Assembly: GCA_000175855.1 (NCBI GenBank) | Contig: ACYB01000042.1 | Coordinates: 150,001-182,000, forward strand | Length of the DNA stretch: 32,000 bases | Direction of reading: 5' to 3' | Source of the DNA: Raphidiopsis brookii D9 | GTDB lineage: Bacteria; Cyanobacteriota; Cyanobacteriia; Cyanobacteriales; Nostocaceae | Part shown: in pieces, positions 28,322 to 32,000 of the stretch | How the letters are laid out: every line of letters begins with the position of its first letter | Numbering within the stretch: position 1 is the first letter of the stretch | Made by a program: the position numbers and the translations under genes | Notes under the pieces: model-generated | What the model was told of the DNA's origin: nothing | Database searches by the model: none | Seen by the model: only the letters and a program-made list of their open reading frames with translations

Positions 28322-28771
28322 CTAACTTTTACGACGACTTTGGATAATTAGATAGCTAATAGATAGAGATAGTATGGCAATTCCCAACCCAATAATATCA
28401 ATTCCTGTCACTTTTTCCAAGTCTAGGATAATGATTTTTCTGGCAACAGCAATTAAAGAAGTAACAATCACTAATTCTACTTGAAAAACATGCTTTTTCA
28501 GGTAGGCTGTAATGTTTTCTAAAATTTCTAAAGCAATGAGAATATTTAAAAACAAACCGAATATCTTAAATAAAATGGTGTTAAACTTGCCGTAGGGAGC
28601 ATCAAATAACTCTTTTAGGAGAAAAACTGTTAAGTCCGCAATAGCCACAAGAATTACGACCACCATTAAAATAGAAAGAATCTTAGAAACTATCACCACA
28701 ATATTTTCAATCAAGTGCATGAAATTATCATCACTGGTAAAAGTTTTCAGTTGCCTAAAAAACCTCTTCAT
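28322..28771 (-). CDS. PsiE-like (phosphate-starvation-inducible E family) membrane protein
   Basis: 149 aa with 4 TM segments. LNILIALEILENITAYL and TSLIAVARKIIILD are typical of the PsiE family. Confidence 0.55.
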   Translation of the reverse strand: MKRFFRQLKTFTSDDNFMHLIENIVVIVSKILSILMVVVILVAIADLTVFLLKELFDAPYGKFNTILFKIFGLFLNILIALEILENITAYLKKHVFQVELVIVTSLIAVARKIIILDLEKVTGIDIIGLGIAILSLSISYLIIQSRRKS

Positions 28772-28871
28772 TGGATTTACACCACCCCATCAAGTAAACA
28801 AATTATTACTGGCAAATTCTCCTGTAGGAGAACTCACCGAGTATCTTACCACTATGAGGATAGGACTTTCT

Positions 28872-31002
28872 CTAGGATTGAATAGGAATTATGGGAATTA
28901 ACTGTACAGCACAGGCTTTCAATTCTGGTTGAAAAGAGTCCGGACAAGACGCAGAATGGGTAAGAGCATTAGCTTCAGAATTTTCTGCCCATAGTTTACC
29001 CCAATGTATAGGGACAAAAACAGTACCAGGGGAGATAGTCAAAGTAATTTTAGCAGGAAATTCCGCTGCACCACGACGGGAACGAACCATAACTAACTGA
29101 TGATCAGCAAGCTGTAACTTGAGCGCATCACGGGGATGAATTTCCAAAAAGGGCTCAGGGTGCATTTGACAAATCTTATCAATTCTTCCTGTACGTGTTT
29201 GGGTATGCCAATGACCATATAATCTTCCTGAAGTGAGAATAAAGGGATATTCAGGGTCTGGAGGTTCAGCTAAGCCATGGGAAAAACATGCGGCAAACTG
29301 AGCTTTGCCATCATGAGTATAAAAATGTAAATCTGTATATAATCGTTTAACTTCCTGATAATTATCTTGAGAGAAAGGCCAATGAGTTGGGCCATTAGTA
29401 GTTAAAAACTCATGACTTAAACCCGACATATCGCAGGGACGATGAAGAGTTAATTGGACAAATTCCCGATAAACCTCACTAGAATCCTGAAAATTAAAAC
29501 TGATGTGAAAAACCCAACCTTCTACCAACCTCAGCGAAGATTTCCCAATCAGATTTAGCCAATTGCGGAGGATTTTTAAAAGCAGAACATAGGGTGATGC
29601 GACGTTCCGAATTAGTCATCACCCCAGTTTTTTCACCCCATTGAGCAGCGGGTAATAGAAGATGAGCATAGTTAGCAGTTTCTGTGGGATAATAGGCATC
29701 CTGATAAATAGTAAAAGGGGATTGTAACAATGCTTTTTTAGTTCTTTCTAAATCTGGCATACTTACAGCTGGATTAGTTGCTGCTATCCATAATAGCTGC
29801 ACATTACCAGACTCCAAAGCCATAATCATTTCCCACACATTTAACCCAGGAATAGGTGAAATAGTACCTGGTGGTAAACCCCAAAATTCCTCCACTTCTA
29901 ACCGATGTTGTGGATTTTTAATTAATCTGTATCCGGGCAATAAATGTGCTAAACCACCCGCTTCCCTACCACCCATAGCATTAGGTTGACCCGTTAAAGA
30001 AAAAGGACCTGCACCTGGTTTTCCCACCTGTCCTGTGAGGAGATGTAAATCAATAATACTTCTTACCTTAGCAGTCCCTTCAGAAGATTGGTTCACACCC
30101 ATTGACCATAAAGAAAGAACAGATTGGGCTTGACCCCAATATTTAGCAGCGGTTTCTAAATCTGCCAAAGAAATACCACATCGACTGGTAACAAGATCCG
30201 GAGAATAATAATTAATGACCTGGATATAATCTGGGAAATTGCTAGTGTAATTATCCACAAAATTTACATCCCAAGAATTCCATTTCACCAATAGATGGGC
30301 AATACCATTCAACAAATCAATATCAGTACCTGGAACAATGGCTAAATGTAAATCAGCTGTTTTAGCGGTGGGAGTGGAACGGGGGTCAACCACCACCATT
30401 TTCACGTGAGGATTTTTCTTATGATATTTAGTTAATCGATTAAAAATAATGGGGTGACATTCTGCAGTATTGGTACCTATTAAAAAAACGCAGTCAGTTA
30501 ATTCCAAATCATCATAACAGCAAGGAGGACCATCAGCACCAAAACTTTGGAGATATCCAGATACTGCACTAGACATACAAAGACGGGAATTAGCATCGAA
30601 GTTATTAGTTCCTAAACAACCTTTCAGTAATTTTTGGGCAATATAATAATCTTCAGTTTGAAACTGTCCAGAGCCGTACATACAGATAGATTCTGGACCA
30701 TAACTAACTAAAGTTTGTTGAATATGATTTGTAATGATAGTGAAGGCTTCCTCCCAGGAAATCAGGCGAAAATCTTGTGTTAAAGATTCTCGAAACATGG
30801 GATATTGCAATCTATTTTTACATATTGCTTCCGCAACAGTTGCGCCTTTAACACATACCATTCCTTGACTAGAAGGATGAGATTTATCTCCACGAACACG
30901 CCAATTATCTGTAGTGAAACTTGGAGGTTGGGTAAGGGAAGAGACTTCCAGTCCACAACCCACACCACAATAGGGACAAAGTGTTTTGATAAATTCGGTC
31001 AT
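28872..31002 (-). pseudogene. narB: assimilatory ferredoxin-nitrate reductase (Mo-bisMGD) with one 1-nt frameshift; possibly intact if this is a sequencing error
   Basis: The N-terminal 4Fe-4S motif is [12 protein letters not shown]...VCVKG. ORFs 29494-31002 and 28872-29528 join as ...[22 protein letters not shown]... if the A4 run at 29496-29499 (+ strand) is read as A3. Confidence 0.9.
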
Positions 31003-31025
31003 ATTGGTAGATAAAAGTCGATAAA

Positions 31026-31892
31026 CTATTCTTCAACATGAGCACAACGACGATAGAGAAAATCCAGAGCATAGTTCCTCAAATGATAATATTCTGTACT
31101 TTCCATAATTTGACGACGCTGACGAGGACGAGAAAAAGGAATATCTAGTATTTCACCAATATTAGCAGCAGGTCCATTTGTCATCATGACCAATTTATCA
31201 GCTAGAAAAAGGGCTTCATCAATATCATGAGTAATCATTAACACAGTAACCTGATGATCTGACCAAATTTGCAGTAGTTCCTCTTGTAATTCTTCCTTAG
31301 TAATTGCATCCAAAGCACCAAAAGGTTCATCCAAAATCAGAACTTGAGGACGAATAGCCAAAGCACGAGCAATAGCCACCCTTTGTTTCATACCTCCTGA
31401 TATTTGATGGGGTTTCTTTTGAGCAGCTTCCGTCAGTCCTACCATACCTAAATGTTCTATGACTATAGACCGTTTTTCAGCCTGACTTTTATGAGGAAAT
31501 ACAGAGTCAACAGCAAGATAAACATTTTCAAAAACACTTAGCCAGGGAAGTAGACAATAGTTTTGAAAAACCATCATCCGGTCTGGTCCTGGTTCAGTAA
31601 CAGGTTCACCTTGCAACCAGACCATACCATTGGTAGGTTGATTGAATCCAGAAATCATATTTAACAATGTGGATTTACCACAACCAGAATGTCCAATGAA
31701 ACAAATAAATTCTCCTTCTTGGACTTTGAGACTAATGTTGTCTAAAACAGTATATGGTCCCTCGGCGGTGGGGTAAATTTTGTTCACACCGTCAATGAAT
31801 AGGAAGTCCCGTGATTTTTGGTGAGACTGTGGATTACCTAAAGCTTGAAGCTGAGTATTTTTAGGGAGATTCAATGTGGTCATGACTTTCAT
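31026..31892 (-). CDS. nrtD: nitrate/nitrite ABC transporter ATP-binding subunit (short type)
   Basis: 288 aa. It has Walker [10 protein letters not shown], the signature [15 protein letters not shown], Walker [12 protein letters not shown] and the H-loop ITHDIDEA. It lies 23 nt upstream of narB, as in nirA-nrtABCD-narB operons. It lacks the NrtA-like C-terminal extension found in NrtC. Confidence 0.8.
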   Translation of the reverse strand: MKVMTTLNLPKNTQLQALGNPQSHQKSRDFLFIDGVNKIYPTAEGPYTVLDNISLKVQEGEFICFIGHSGCGKSTLLNMISGFNQPTNGMVWLQGEPVTEPGPDRMMVFQNYCLLPWLSVFENVYLAVDSVFPHKSQAEKRSIVIEHLGMVGLTEAAQKKPHQISGGMKQRVAIARALAIRPQVLILDEPFGALDAITKEELQEELLQIWSDHQVTVLMITHDIDEALFLADKLVMMTNGPAANIGEILDIPFSRPRQRRQIMESTEYYHLRNYALDFLYRRCAHVEE

Positions 31893-31948
31893 CCTTTAAT
31901 TTAGTTAATTCGGTGTTAAGTAAGTGTTAATTCAGTGAGTGGATGGCA

Positions 31949-32000
31949 CTAGACCAGAGCTTCTTCAACTCGCACCTGAGATTTAATGGCTAAACCTGTA
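31949..32000 (-). CDS. nrtC: 3' end of an upstream gene, presumably nrtC (17 codons only)
   Basis: The minus-strand frame is open to the window edge and ends ...TGLAIKSQVRVEEALV*. The identity is inferred only from the expected operon order. Confidence 0.3.
   Translation of the reverse strand, partial: TGLAIKSQVRVEEALV

Overview
Housekeeping-rich chromosomal segment of a cyanobacterium, probably a filamentous Nostocales-like one. This placement rests on seven copies of the HIP1 octamer GCGATCGC, on psaD, ndhD, sqdB/sqdX and ycf35/ycf46, and on the 3' part of a nitrate-assimilation gene string (nrtC'-nrtD-narB-psiE-like-narM). There are about 31 tightly packed protein genes. By eye I found no rRNA, tRNA, CRISPR array, transposase or integrase. 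Main points: (1) At 24.1-27.8 kb, a caspase-like CHAT protease with a C-terminal FHA domain and a PrsW-type intramembrane protease with an N-terminal FHA domain converge on an acidic orphan gene. This is a candidate phosphothreonine-gated proteolysis module with no described function that I know of. (2) A 138-aa RelA/SpoT-type HD hydrolase (small-alarmone-hydrolase-like) with locally raised G+C sits between thrB and folB. (3) A three-gene module encodes an RHH-like protein, the ycf46 AAA+ ATPase and ycf35. (4) Four single-base homopolymer indels break thrS (twice), the Omp85/BamA gene and narB. They are either sequencing artefacts or real gene erosion. (5) A 6 x 30-bp near-perfect tandem repeat lies in the Omp85 N-terminus. 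All calls come from reading the supplied translations and the DNA; no database search was possible.
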